Shown: one piece after another, positions 1 to 12,872 of the stretch
Position numbering within the stretch: the stretch's first letter is position 1
Layout: the number at the start of each line of letters is the position of its first letter
DNA from: Leucoraja erinacea
Taxonomy: Eukaryota
Direction of reading: 5' to 3'
DNA: 64,000 nucleotides
Assembly (NCBI RefSeq): GCF_028641065.1
Contig: NC_073401.1
Location: forward strand, 20,522,001 to 20,586,000
The notes under the pieces: generated by a model
Told to the model about the DNA's origin: nothing
What the model saw: only the letters and a program-made list of their open reading frames with translations
Database searches by the model: none
Made by a program: the position numbers and the translations under genes

Positions 1-9
1 TGAGGCCTA

Positions 10-90
10 ATGCAAGCTTGAGGAGCAACATCTCATCCTTTGTCTGGGCAAGCTGCACCCTTCTAATATCAAATTCTCCAACTTCATGTA
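10..90 (+). mobile_element. Penelope-like element, decayed endonuclease C-terminus fragment
   Basis: Translates EEQHLILCLGKLHP, similar to the end of the Penelope ORF at 27.3 kb. Confidence 0.5.
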
Positions 91-297
91 ATTCTCTCTG
101 TCTGAACATGAACTGGCCATTTCTGTCAGTCACCCATTTGTGATTTGGGCTCAGATTTGCTCAGCCTGTCCTGCTGTGCATGTCACTTAGCCCTACCATT
201 AGCAACATATTACATTGACAAATAAGCATAATTTGACTCTAACTGCCCCATTAACCCATTTGGGCTAACTCTAGCAGAGATACTCCTTTATCTTTAT

Positions 298-690
298 GAT
301 ACGATAGCACTTTATTTATCCCTGGAGGAAAATTGGTCTGCCAACGGTCATAAAACACAACATGGTACATGAAACAAAAAAATGAATGATAAATTAAAGT
401 GACGAGTGGAAAGTCCAGGATTCGGAATGTATGAAGATTGGGAGGGGAGTCAGTCTACCCCATGACAGAAGGGGGAGGTGTTGTACAGTTTGATAGCCAC
501 AAGGAAAACGGATCTCCTGCGGCGTTCTGTGCTGCATTTTGGTGGAACCAGTCTGTTGCTCAAGGTGCTCCTCAGGTTGACCAGTGTGTCATCACCATTC
601 CTTCTCCACCTCCCCCACTTTATCGGCAACATGAGAACTGTTTGCAACCCAAACTGTTCCGAAATCAGAAATGCAGCCACATGCAAAATA
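298..690 (-). mobile_element. Rex1/Babar-like LINE 3' fragment
   Basis: ORF 450-686 ends CSTERRRRSVFLVAIKLYN, typical of a Rex1 C-terminus; tail ends in AATAAA plus TATCG repeats; same tail as at 21790. Confidence 0.65.
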
Positions 691-1964
691 TTTTAAATTA
701 AAAACAGGCCAACCAAAAGCAAGCACTCAGATATTGCCATGGAATGTGTTCGTACACGGTAGAAGATGCCTGCAGTTCCACAGCAAACAGCAAATCCATC
801 CCGCCTGTCTCCCAAATGCTTGCTTGCATGCAAGTGCTGCACATATATTGATTATTCTTAATCTGGAGAGCACCTGTAATTTGTTTTCTCTCTTCGCCAG
901 TTCTGACGAGTCTTAGACCTAAAATGTTAACTCTACTTCTCTTTCCAGATATGCTATCTGAGATAATGAATGTTTCCACCATTTTCTGCTTTCATTTCAA
1001 GTGTCTTAATATTTATCACAAGAAAACAGAATTCGGTTGTAGTAGTAAAGAAATATTCAAAATTCACTGAATGCATCTTGGGAAATCAAAATCTAATAAA
1101 CAGGACAGGTTTGTAAAGAAGTACAAGAGCTAAGTTGAGGGTACTTTAGCAGTGATTTGTGGATACTAAATTTTAAAAACATATCAATTGTTGGCAATGG
1201 CAACAACTGAAATGACGAGTTGTAAGCAACAAATGGATTAAAATAAAGGATTTATAAGTCTTAAGAACAAGGAGGACAATATACCTGGAATTACAACAGG
1301 AAATAATAACTATCATGTACAATTGGGTTTAACAAAATAAGCAGAGATGAAAGAGGAGAAAAAAATAAAGATGACTGTTAATGACAGTGTGGACTAAAAT
1401 TGGCCATTATGAAAAACAGATTTGATTCCTTCTCTAGACTAAATAAAAAATAATAAATGAAGTTGAATGTACAGTCCAGCCAACTTCTTATCAAACTATC
1501 AAAAAGATAAAATGTGGAGATTTTTCACAAGGTGAAATTTCCAACGGACACCTGGTCCCGGTTACAACTGCTGAAAACTAGCAGAATTAAAAGGTCAGCA
1601 TGTCTTTGAAAGTATAAACAAAGGATAACACAACAATTAAATGGATTAGCAGCCAATGACAATACAATAAACCAACTGTTGGAGAACATATCCAAGTCGA
1701 GGAAAGGGGAGAGAAGTGATGATAAAAGGAAAATGAGAGTTTCCGCAAACAACCATTCGTTTCCACCAACCAGCTCTCCTTCCAGTTTTAGATTTCACTC
1801 CTCTCCCTTCCTTATGTTTCCCCATCTGTCTCCATTTCACCTCTAGCCTTTGTTAGCATCTCCACCCTTCTGCCACTCGCCCCTCTTCACCGAACCAATT
1901 TCTGCTCCATCCCTTCCCCTCACCTCTCTTTAATAGCATTCTCCCTTCTACTCCATCAATCCGA

Positions 1965-2620
1965 GCAAGTGTGAGGTGTTGTACTTTGGCAGTTTGAATG
2001 TAAGGAGGACATATACAATTAATGGCAAGATCCTTAATAGCATTAATGTACAGAGAGATCTTGGGGTCCAAGTCCATAACACACTGAAAGTAACACCAAG
2101 TGGATAGTGATAACGAGGGTATATGGTGTGCATACCTTCATTGGTCTAAGCATCGAATATAAGAGTCAGGAAGTCATGATGCAGCTTGATAGGAATTCGG
2201 TTAGGCCAGCTTTGGAATACTGCGTACAGTTCTAGTCGTCTCAATACAGGAAAGATGTGGAGAGTTTGGAAAGGGTGCAGAGGAGATTTACCAGAATGAT
2301 GCCTAAATCAGAGGGTATTAGCTACAAGGAGAGGTTGGACAGATGTGGATGGTTTCTCCGGGATGCTGAAGGTTGAGGGGAGACCTGATCGATGAATGCA
2401 ACATTATGAGAGGCATAGATAGGGTACTCAGAGAGAACTTTTTCCCCAGGGTGGAAATATCAAATAAATTACAATAATTAAAATTTAAAAAATCTAATTT
2501 TCTTTTACACATTGAGTGGTGGGTGCCTGGTGGCAATACACTGCTGGCAGGGTGGAGGCAGATACAATAGTGGCATTTAAGAGATTTTTGGATAGACACA
2601 CTTGGTTACGTAGGAATATG
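1965..2620 (+). mobile_element. CR1-type LINE 3' remnant
   Basis: Decayed CR1 ORF2 end (gatcttggggtccaagtccat, ttggaatactgcgtacagttct, gttgaggggagacctgat). Confidence 0.8.
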
Positions 2621-3419
2621 GATTAAGTGAGCATTTGATAATGGACATTTTTGTTCACTACATCAAAACATTCCAAATTTAATTAATTGAAAAACCACCC
2701 AGCTGTGTGGTAAGATTTTAATGTGTTCTGACATTGTAAATTCAAACTTCTGGATTACTTATTAAATAGCTTTCATATTCCTTTGTGACATGGGAATAAG
2801 ATACAGCAGACAGTGCAATCGCTTTCTCCCATTTATCTATCAGTAGCCTTTTCTCAGTCATATTCCCATCTGTTCCACCGACTTTCCAACCAGACCTACT
2901 CTGGGAATAATACACATGGTTAACTACCCGCAACCTGCACATTTGGGAAGTGGGAGAATACTGCAGAAGTGTGAAATCCGCATGATCACGGTGAGAATTC
3001 ACAGACAGAACTAGTCAGCTTTGACTCCAGGTAAATGGAGCTGAGAGGCATTTTACCGACCTGCAATGCCACTACACCGCCACACCTGGAATCATCTCCT
3101 ATTTATCGTCTACATACTACAATTCAATTTCCATCTGTAGTCGTTGGAAAACCTTCCACATGGTCCATATAACAGGCTCGTCATTCCTCCTTTGCAGAAC
3201 ACCTCTGCTCAGCCTGCAAGAGTGAGTCCGATCTTACAATCGCTGGTCATTTTAATTCTCTATCCCACTCAGATTTTTCTGTCATTGTCTCAAGTCAATA
3301 TTGTCATATGTACCAAAACAGAAAAATGAAATTCGTACTTGCAGTAGCACAAGAGGCTTGTAAACACTGTACTCAAATGATAACATAATAAACAAATAAA
3401 AAAAAGTTTTGTTAAATTT

Positions 3420-3720
3420 AGAAATACAGCATGGAAATAGACCTTTCTGCCCACTGAGTCCACACTGACCCCCATTCACACTAGTTTCTCGTTATTCCGC
3501 TTTTTCATTGACTAGGGGCAATTTTACAGAGAATCATTAACCTACAAACCTGCACATCTTTGAGGAGGAAACAGGAGCACCTGGAGGAAACGCACGTGGT
3601 CACAGGGAGAACGTGCAACCCCCACAGACTGCACTAGAGGTCAGTATTGAACACGGGTCTCGAGCTCAATACTGTACTGTGAGGCAGCAACTCTACCAGC
3701 TATGCCAATGTGCCACCCAA
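3420..3720 (-). mobile_element. tRNA-derived SINE (HE1/V-SINE-like)
   Basis: Reverse complement of the SINE at 43770 (tRNA-like head, gtttcctcc core, CR1-like tail). More decayed copies near 2905-3085, 30590-30730 and 45130-45400. Confidence 0.75.
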
Positions 3721-3789
3721 GTTTAATAAATAAGATACCGAATATAGTGCAAGACAAAACAAAGCCCGAAGTCCCTAGTGCAATTAAGG

Positions 3790-4832
3790 CAGTTTGAAGT
3801 TTAGTTGGGGTTGGTTGCGCTTAATAGCATGATGGTTGTGGTGAAGAGGTTGTTCCTGAATCTGGACACTACAGTTTTTAAACTCTTATACCTTCTTGCC
3901 AATAGCAGAAATTCAATGAGAGTGTGGCTAGGGTGGTGTGGGTCCTTGATGTTGTTGGCTGCCGTTTTGAGCCAGCGCCTCCTATAGATCACTTCAATGG
4001 TGAGGAGATCAGTACCTGAGATGCACTGAGCACTGTTTACCATTTCTTCTAATCCCCGTAGTGTCGACGAACCAGGCCATGATGCAACCAGTCAATATGA
4101 TCTCTACTGCACACCTGGAAATGTTCAAGAGAGTACTCGTCGACATACCAAATCCCCCCCAATCTTATAAGGAATTAAAGGTGCTGATGAACTTTCTTTA
4201 CGATCGCATCAATGGGCTGGGTTCAGAACAAATCTTCAGAGACATGCACACCTAGGAACTTGAAATTGCTGATTCTATCCACCACGAACCTCGGCCCCTT
4301 GGCCATCCTCTTATAAAGTAAACAATCTGTACTTTGGCTTTAGGGATGTTTGGACCAAGGTTGCTGTTCTGACACCATTCAATCAAGATTCAAGATTCAA
4401 TTTAATTGTCACATGTACCAATTAAGGTACAGTGAAATTTGAGTTACCACACAGCCATACAAAGTAAAAAGCAAAAATACATCTCCGTCGAGGTAAGTGA
4501 CTGAAAAAGGTTTCCCCCGATCCTCTCCCTCCCCCCCCCCCCCCCCCCCCCCCCCCACACCCCCCCCCCATGAAACATACCAAGAGACATTAAAACAAAC
4601 ATTCGAGACATAAAAACAGAGAAGGGACAAGGCAGACTCCTGACGAGGCGGCCATTACAGGCACCACCTGGTGGTGAATCAGATAGTCAATCTCCCTCCT
4701 ATACTCTGACACATCATTGTCTGTATTTGTTTAACAATGGTGGTGTCGTCAGTAAATCTAAAGATGGAGTTGGAATTGTATCTGGCTACACTGTTATAGA
4801 TATAATGAGTAGAGCAGGGGACTGAGCACACT
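3790..4832 (-). mobile_element. Rex1/Babar-like LINE remnant with a nested insertion at about 4385-4676
   Basis: IKDPHHPSHTL...RRYKSLKT C-terminus and RT motif FRFTDDTTIV; the nested piece has TCTTGAA repeats and AATCA on both sides. Confidence 0.75.
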
Positions 4833-5315
4833 GTGAAGACGGTGCAGAAGTGGTTTATCAAAATGCTGTCTGAATTAGACAGTATTAGTTCCTATGAAAG
4901 ATTGGACAAACCTGGACAGCTTTCTCTAGAACGTCGGGGACTGAGGGGAGACCTGATAAAAGTATATAAATTCATGAGATACATAGATAGGATAGACAGC
5001 GAGAACTTTTCCCCTCCAGTGGACATGTCAAAGACTATAGGGCATAGCTTTAAGATGAGAAGGGCAAAGTTTAAAGAGGATGTGTGGGATGTCTTTTTTT
5101 GAGTGGTGAATACCTGAAACATGCTGCCTGGGGTCGAATTGGAGGCAAATAAAATAGTGCTATTTAAGCAACCTTTAGATAAACATGTGGATATGCATGG
5201 AATGGAGGAATATGAACCACATACAGGCAGAGGAGATTAGTCTAACTTGACATCATGTTCTAGCACAGACATTGTGGGCTAAGGGACAGTGTCTGTGATG
5301 TACTATTCTATGTTT
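4833..5315 (+). mobile_element. CR1-type LINE 3' remnant
   Basis: ORF LSLERRGLRGDLIKVYKFMRYIDRID plus 3' UTR ending in tattctatgt. Confidence 0.85.
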
Positions 5316-5527
5316 TATTGACATCTTTTCATAGGTCTTGAGTTTTAATCAGTAGTGTCAGTCACATTGAGCCAACAGAACAGAATTTTGGAAGCGATTC
5401 CCCATTTAATACTAATGATAGATAATCAATTTCTTCCCCCATATCACAGTTATTTTCCAAGTAGTTGCCTCAGGAATGGATACCGAGCCAGAATTTACAG
5501 TCTGCATCACTAGACCATGCAGTGACA

Positions 5528-5674
5528 CAGTGCCCTCCATAAGGTTTATTAAAATCTAACAATGTGCACTTTAACCACATGTGATTTTTTTTCTATTACA
5601 AATCTCAAATTGTGGAGTACAGAGGCAAATAAATAAATGATGGGTCTTTGTCCCAAACATTATGGAAGGCATTG
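5528..5674. mobile_element. Internally deleted Tc1-family MITE
   Basis: TIRs CAGTGCCCTCCATAA / TTATGGAAGGCATTG followed by TA; same family as 41855-42234. Confidence 0.8.
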
Positions 5675-8600
5675 TATGCTGTGAAATTCTGGAATGCTGA
5701 GGGTTCACTGATGTGCAAGGGAAATTTTCAGTGTTTGAAGGAGTATTTTGCACTGAGTTGGGAAGAAATGCTTCAATATGGAGGGAGTGTTTCACACTGA
5801 AGGGTATGGAATTCTGGAATGCAAGTCCAGTTACTCTTGTGTTGTTAGTGATACATTAAGGGATCATTAACTTTAAGCAAAATTCATTTTCCAATTTATG
5901 CAATGACGAACATCGTCATGGCTTCTTCCACTTTCTAGCACATTGTAAAGTTCTTTGTAGCCAGTGAAGTAAATTTTAATATTGATTCACTTTTATCTAT
6001 TGTGATCAGTTTGTATATACTACAATCAATAATAAGGAAAATAACTAGACAAATCTGTCTGGTTTAATGAGCATAGTAGAACTTCCCACACTTCTAATAG
6101 ACAAGACAGAACTTTACTATTCGATTGTAAAAAGGTAGCATCCGATAATGCAGCTCTTCACAGTACACAAAAGTAATATTTAGTCAAGATATTGACTAAA
6201 AATGCATTCATTATTTTCTGACCTGCAGCCATTTTTGAGCAAAATCATTTATTCTTGTGTCTGCTGACCCTGTTCACAAGCGAGGGTGGTAATATTAAGA
6301 GAGATCAGCCTACTTACTATAAGTAGAAAGCAGCAGGATAGAGGCAAATGGTGACCGATATATTTCCCATTTCGCTTCCCACCCCATGCCCCTGTACTAT
6401 GGTGATCAAAAGTCAGAAAATTTAACACTCAGTAACAAAATAAAGCCATTAAATACAGAACCAATTGAAATCTGATGAGTTTATGTAAAAAAAAAATCCC
6501 CCAGGCCATGAGCCCATTTTGAGTGTTCAATGTCCTGCGTTTAAATTTCACCAGGTGTATAACCCCAGGTTTTTGTGTAAAGGAAGATGATAAGCACAAA
6601 GTTATTAACACTTCAGGGCAGTACTTCTGTTCTGTAATTAATTGCAATCATTTTATTTAAAGTTTATTACATTTAACTATTGTCAAAATATTTTTACAAA
6701 AATCCCATTCTATAATGCATATGCAACAGTGGCTCAGGAAATAATCTATTTTGGTTTGGGGCATCTCTTGACACGAGATTTGGTGAAAAGCCTATGGCTT
6801 TGTTGCAGAAATAACCAGGAACTGCAAGCAAATTTAAAGAAAATAATTTGAGGTTAAAACATTTGGGATGAATTTGCATTTTCAAGAGAAACAATTACAG
6901 GATCAGTAGGCGCAGTTCACGGACATTCAAATCATCCCAGTTCAGTCAAAATATATTATCTATGTCAACTATATCATCCATCTACATCTTACATGTTGCT
7001 AGGACTTTTGTTCCACCCAAAATTCTGCACCATTCTGAAGAGCCTATGGCAGTTCTGAATTTGTGTTCTTTCTACTAATGTATTAGGTTGTGACTCTACC
7101 CCTCTTCACACCAGGACCCCACTAACCTTGCAAACTACCAAGCTATTCTCCAGCTTCATTCTTATATCTAAAATCTTTGAATATGACATTGCCATACAAA
7201 TCCTGTCATTTTCTTTGCAATCACATATCTGAATCTCTCCATCAGATAGTCATACAGCGTGGAATCAGGCCTACACCGGCTAACATGCCTCATCTACACT
7301 AGTCCCGCCCACCTGCATTTGGCCCATATCCCTCTAACCTGTCCTATCCATGTATCTGTCTAAATATTCCTTAAACATTGCGATAGTACCTGCCTCAAGT
7401 ACCTCCTCTGGCAGCTCGTTCCCTACACCTACCACCCTTTACATGATAAAGTTACCCCTCAGATTCCCATTAAATTTTTACCTCCTCACCTTAAAGCTAT
7501 GTCCCCTTCTGGTTCTCCACACCTGCTGCAGTACTGAAAGTTAGAAGTAACATTCTTGGGGGACATTATTATTATGAAATGTCTATAATATCTATAATAT
7601 TGTACAGGTAGTTTTACTATAATGCAATTGCTGCATTCCTAAAAAAAGATAAATACAAAATGTATGAACTAATTTGGTGTTTTTTCACTGTTCCATAGGA
7701 AACTTTTGTTGAATCCATATGACATCGCTTCAATTGAAAACACAGATAAAAATATCAAGCCTAAGGACTAAACGGTTAAAGCGCCAAGTCATGAAATAAT
7801 CAGCTATGCCACTAGAAACAGTTCCCCAAATTTATAATGCTAATCTCAGTTTCTCAGGCCAACTCCCTGGTATATTGAGTTGACAAGAGAGAGTATAAGA
7901 TGGACAATGTCCTGATTAGACAACCAGTTTTATGGTGCCATTAGCTAAGCTTGGAAGTATACTGCACGACACCTGACCCTCCTCCCTTCCCAAAGTCGTG
8001 CTGACAGAAATAACAAAAAAACGCATCAGAGAAAATAATACAAAGGTTATGGTCATGGTAATGAAAAATCCATCCAACGGTACCACATTAGGGTCAAGTT
8101 AGCAAAAGATGTAAATTTGCTAAACCTCTAATGGAAAATTTGGAAAGTGAGACAAAGGCAAAATTCAGAAGTTGACTTAAAAAGTACTTTATCACGTGCT
8201 TCTGGGCATTAGTGTTTAACTGACAATCATATGCTTGTAAATAGTTTGCCTGCCAACGGTTTGATGATTTCAGGCTGGGATGAGAGAGATAAAGGCGGAG
8301 AATCTTGGAAGTGAATTAAATTTGGTTAACAAATAGCTTACAAAACAATGAAAACTGCACAGGAGTGTTAGTATAAGTAATAAAATAAGTGCCCTCGGTT
8401 CCTAAAACTCAATTCAAGTTCACAAATACAAACTTTTGTCACTGTTAAGCAATCAGAGCTTTTAAACGCTTGCTTGTTTAACAGAGCTGGCAATTTTTAT
8501 TCAGTAGTGCCAGTATCCTGCACAACAATGCCTAGATTTTATATCACATAATACTGAATATTTTATTTTTTAAATTCAAAATCTACATCCAAGGTCGAGA

Positions 8601-9120
8601 AAACAATTTTCTTTGTGCATATCATTGAAACATATAACTTGATTTCCACAGCAGTACACTACATGTTATTTGTAATGGTAAACAACAAAAACACTTCCTG
8701 ACAACAGTACCAGATGGGAACAATGTATTCAGAATGTATGTCATTTTTTAATACCAATTGCACGGAATGGCACAGTACTTCTTTTGGATCATCAATTCTG
8801 ATTACACATGAACCTAGTGCGAATCTACACAATTTTATCTTGCTACCCCACATTTGCAGCAACCAGAGTTATCTACCTAAAATGCACTCTCTACTATAAT
8901 TACGTTATTAGGAGATTTTCCACATTTCAAAGGACAATATTCTGAACATTCATCATTCAAGAAATTACAATTTTATTGATAACCACTGCATTTTCTGTTT
9001 TGTTTTCCAAACTGGCTCATTTCCAGTTCCACAGTACTTAACACAGTACTTGCTACGTTAACCGATGTAAAGGAGTTCCTCCATGGCACATTTATCTTTC
9101 CATTCACCCTCTCTACTTAC

Positions 9121-10325
9121 CTTGAAAAGCCCTTTCCGCAGCTGATGCAAATGTACGGTTTTCCCACTGCTCCGTCGTGAGACCGAATATGATAGGTCAT
9201 CCGGTCCTTCCGTTTGAAACGCTGGTGACAGATGGGACATTCAAATGGTTTTTCCCCTGAATGCGAGAGCTTATGGCGATTCAAGTGGTAAACATCCCTA
9301 AAAGCTTTACCGCAGAGCTCACAGGCCACATTTTTCCTCATTCTGCCTCTCTTACGGGGACTGTCAAGGCTGCTCGAAGAGGCCAGCAGATTGTCCCCGA
9401 GTCCTGGAAGCTGATTCTCCCCCGACCCCAGTTCCACGTTCAGCCCCGTGTGCTGCGCCTCATGGAGAAGGAGGCGGTTAGAATTCTTGAACACTTTCCC
9501 ACAGAAGCTGCAGGGGTAAAAACCCTCATCCCTCATGGCTAAAGGTGCCGTGAGCAGTGGTAGGTCAAACAGAGGAGCCTTCCGAGGCCGTCCTCGCCCC
9601 CTCTTGATCAGCTTGCCATGGTCAGGGCCCATTGAGTTCACTGGAGCCTGGAATTGACCAGCCACCAGGGTCGGTGCTGCAGGCGAAGTCATCAAGCCAT
9701 CCATCATAGGTAAAGAACCCTGCAGGGGCGGAAGGGCAGGAGCTGGGGCACCTGGGCTACCTACCTTGACATCACCAGCGCCCTGCAGGTGTCCATTTTC
9801 CCCAATAAAGTTGCCATTGGCACAAGCAGCGGCAGCCAAGTCCAGGGCAAAGCTGAAGTCCACATTGGCAGGGCGAAATACCATCATGTCTCCCCTGGCT
9901 GGTGGCACCATGATCTGGACGTTGGACTGTTTGATTACCTCCTGGCAAATCTCGATGACCGACCTCATGAGCAGAAACTTGGCGGCCGTCATGAGCTCGG
10001 GGAAGCTCTCCAGTCGCACCACGATGCGGGAGGTGTAGGCGAAGTCCAGGATGTCCCTGAAGACCTTGGCGCTGATGGTGTGCATCTCCAGCTCGCGGCC
10101 TTGGGCCTCGTCCACCATCGCGCCGAACACCGACTCGAAGTAGTCGCTACAGGCGGCCAGCACGGCCTTGTGAGCCGGGAAGCTCTCATCGCCCACCCGC
10201 AGCACCACATCGCAGAAGCGGCCGCCGTTCTTCCTCTGCCCGTTGAGTTTCTTCAACATGTCGGCGCTGTGCTGGCTCACCTGGTAGGTGTAGCTGTTCC
10301 AGGACGGCTCGGCAGCCCTTTCCAT
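9121..10325 (-). CDS. PATZ1: POZ/BTB and AT-hook containing zinc finger 1, first coding exon (gene continues toward lower coordinates; later exons not located)
   Basis: ORF encodes a BTB domain (FCDVVLRVGDESFPAHKAVLAACS...RIVVRLESFPELMTAAKFLLM), an AT-hook (KRGRGRPRK) and C2H2 fingers (CSFCGKVF, CELCGKAFRDVYHLNRHKLSH, CPICHQRFKRKDRMTYHIRSH). It ends mid-finger at CGKGFSR with donor AG|GTAAGT at 9121/9120. Confidence 0.96.
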
Positions 10326-10329
10326 CGCC

Positions 10330-10640
10330 GCCGACTGGGAGCCGCGACCGGGGGGAAAAACCGGCCCCCCCTCAATCTCCGCCTCTGAACAACACGGTTT
10401 AAAACCAGGTGGATTTGAAAAGGAGCGCGCGGTGCAAAGCTCCGCCTGCCGCCGAGCCGAGCGAGGGAAGGCCGCGTAGCGAAGGCCGGGGTGCGCTCCG
10501 CGCTGCTTTTGTTCCCCTCACAGCCGCCGGGCCCTGGCGCCGCGGGAGGCTCGGCAACATGGCAGCGCGGCGCTTCCTGTCAACTGCGACCCCTCCCGGG
10601 GGCCTGGGGAGGCACTGGCTTAGGGTGGGAGACACTGGGG
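10330..10640 (-). promoter_or_regulatory. CpG island / PATZ1 5' region
   Basis: GC- and CpG-rich block upstream of the ATG in a CpG-depleted background. YY1-like AACATGGCAGC near 10556 and ETS-like CTTCCTG near 10573. Confidence 0.7.
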
Positions 10641-11720
10641 CGGGGGTGGTGGGGGCACTGGCTCGGGGTCGGAGACGTTGGCTCGGAGAGAGAGAGGTCT
10701 CCGCATTAGGTTGGGAGACGCTGGCTGATGGTGGGAAACGTCCTTTGCTCAGGTTGGGGGGAGGCAGTGTGGAAAATAGGTTTAGGGGGTGGAACACTAG
10801 CTGAAGGTGGAGGTGAGGGGGGCACTGGCAGAGACGGCAAGGAGGTGACGACGGAGGATACAGCCTCAGAATAAGATGGTACTGGCTCAGGAAAGGCAGC
10901 GGGAGGATGCCGGTGCGAGGATGGAGCATGCTAGCAGAGGATAGAGAACACTTGCTCATGATAGGTTGTAGCCTCAGATTGGAGAACATTGGCTCAGGAG
11001 AGAGGATACTGGCTGATGCTCGGGGAATTGCTCAGAATGGCAGATACAGATAGGACAGGATACACTGGCTCAGGGCAGGGAATTGGCTTGGGGTGGGAGG
11101 CACCAGCTGATGATGGGAACACTGCCTGGGGACCACTTACTGATGATGGGAGACATTGTTTCAGGACTGGTTCAAGGTAGGGAACATTGACTAAGGCCAG
11201 TAAACTAAACATAACATGGACATGCTGGCACGGGGTAAACGATACTAGCTGAGTACTGGGAGAGAACACTTGCTGAGTACTGGTAATATGTCCAGAGTGA
11301 GAACACTGGCTCATGGTGGGAGACATTGGCTCAGTAAGAGGGATTCATTCAGGACAAGATACACTGGCTTAGGCAGAGTAAACCTGCTCAGAATTTGGGT
11401 TATTGAGCGATGTCAGCTGAGAATGGTGCATTGTGGCTAATGATGGTGGCTGTGCAGGAGACACAGTGAGGATGTGACTAAGGAAAGGGGATGCTGGTTC
11501 GGGGAACAAGTTGAGGTCTGAGGGCACCACGTGTGCGATACTCAGGATGGTCTTGAAGGAGGGTCTGGGAAGTGCTGTTGGATCTCAGGATGGAGGACAG
11601 TTTGAAAGTGGAGAAGATCTGATTCAAAGGGGCACTAAGTTGAAGGAGGCACAGGGAAGACATTGGATGTCAGTCAGGAACACTAGCTCTTGAGGACATT
11701 GACTGAGAGTAGGATACCCT
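10600..11720. repeat. Degenerate G-rich tandem-like repeat (GACACTGGCTCAGG-type units)
   Basis: Recurrent acactggctc/acattggctc motifs with strong purine skew on the + strand. Confidence 0.55.
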
Positions 11721-12872
11721 GGCCTAGCATGTGCACGATGAACTGGAAGCCTACAGATGTAGGAATGTCAGCAACTGGAGGAGTACAAAATCGGTGTTTT
11801 GGAACGCATAACAACTAAATGTTGCTCACGGTCCACTCATGTGCCTGAATACATGTTTTAGAGAGAGTGCGGGTAATGGGTGATGATCATAGGAGGCAGG
11901 CAGTTCAGTAGATCTCTGAGGGAATCTTGGCCACTAACCATTATTTGGTTCTGAATACAGATGTTGAAGATTGTCTTCATGGGGATAAAGTCAAAGTTGA
12001 GACAATAGTGCCTTGGTTGGCTCAGCTGTATGGGGAGGGAAGATAATGCTCAAGGCAGCATTAGATACAGGAAATCCAATAGTCAGGGGAGCAAGCAGGT
12101 GTGATTCCAGGGTATTATGTTTCTTCCAGAGTGCCAGGGTCAAGGAAATTACCATTTTACATTCTGGAGGGATACGATTATTTGTCAGAGACTTTGATCC
12201 TTATATGTGACTGCAACATAGGTAGAGAAAGAGTTTAAATATTGTAGCTCAGTTTTAAGAAATAGTTATTTATTTATTATTTTTTATGATGTGGATATGC
12301 AGCCTTATTGCCCTTTAGGTGTGAGCTACCATTTTATTGGTGATCATTTTTTGGGATATGGGTGTGCAGACAAGGCTAGATTTATTGTCCATCCTTAATT
12401 ACCATTGAGAAGGTGCGGCTCACCTTGTTGAACCTGCTACTGTTCTACTGGAGCAGGTAGCCCAAAGTACGAGTGGGAAAGGGAGTTGCATGATTTGGGA
12501 AGGAACAGCAATGATGAAACAGATATATTTCCAATATAGGATTCTGTGTGACCTGAAGGAGATCCTGTGTTTTGTTTATCTATAGCCCATGACTTTCTTG
12601 AAGGAGGGTCTGGGAAGTGCTGTTGGATCTCAGTAGTATTAATCTCAGAATAACCCTCGGTGCCACACACCAGTGGGTGTGGAAAGAAGAGGACAGTAGA
12701 TGTGAATGCATGGCAGGAGAGATGGTGCAAACATGAGGGTGTTAGATTCACGGGACACTGGAACCAGTGATTTGATAAAAGAGTTTGCAGATAGCTACAG
12801 AAGTTTGGTCATGTGCTTGACGAAGGGAAAGTTTTTGGATCAGGAATATGAAATTTGGGGCTCACTTGTCCA

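Noticed and set aside
4528-4570. Long poly-C and poly-G runs (also 27160-27180 and 30297-30319)
   Set aside because: Homopolymers, mostly inside repeats, with unreliable length; no independent evidence of function.
9789-10989. Long ORFs (199 aa on +, 196 aa on -, 131 aa on +) around the PATZ1 start
   Set aside because: Antisense shadows of a GC-rich exon or stop-poor CpG-island and repeat sequence; no recognisable domain.
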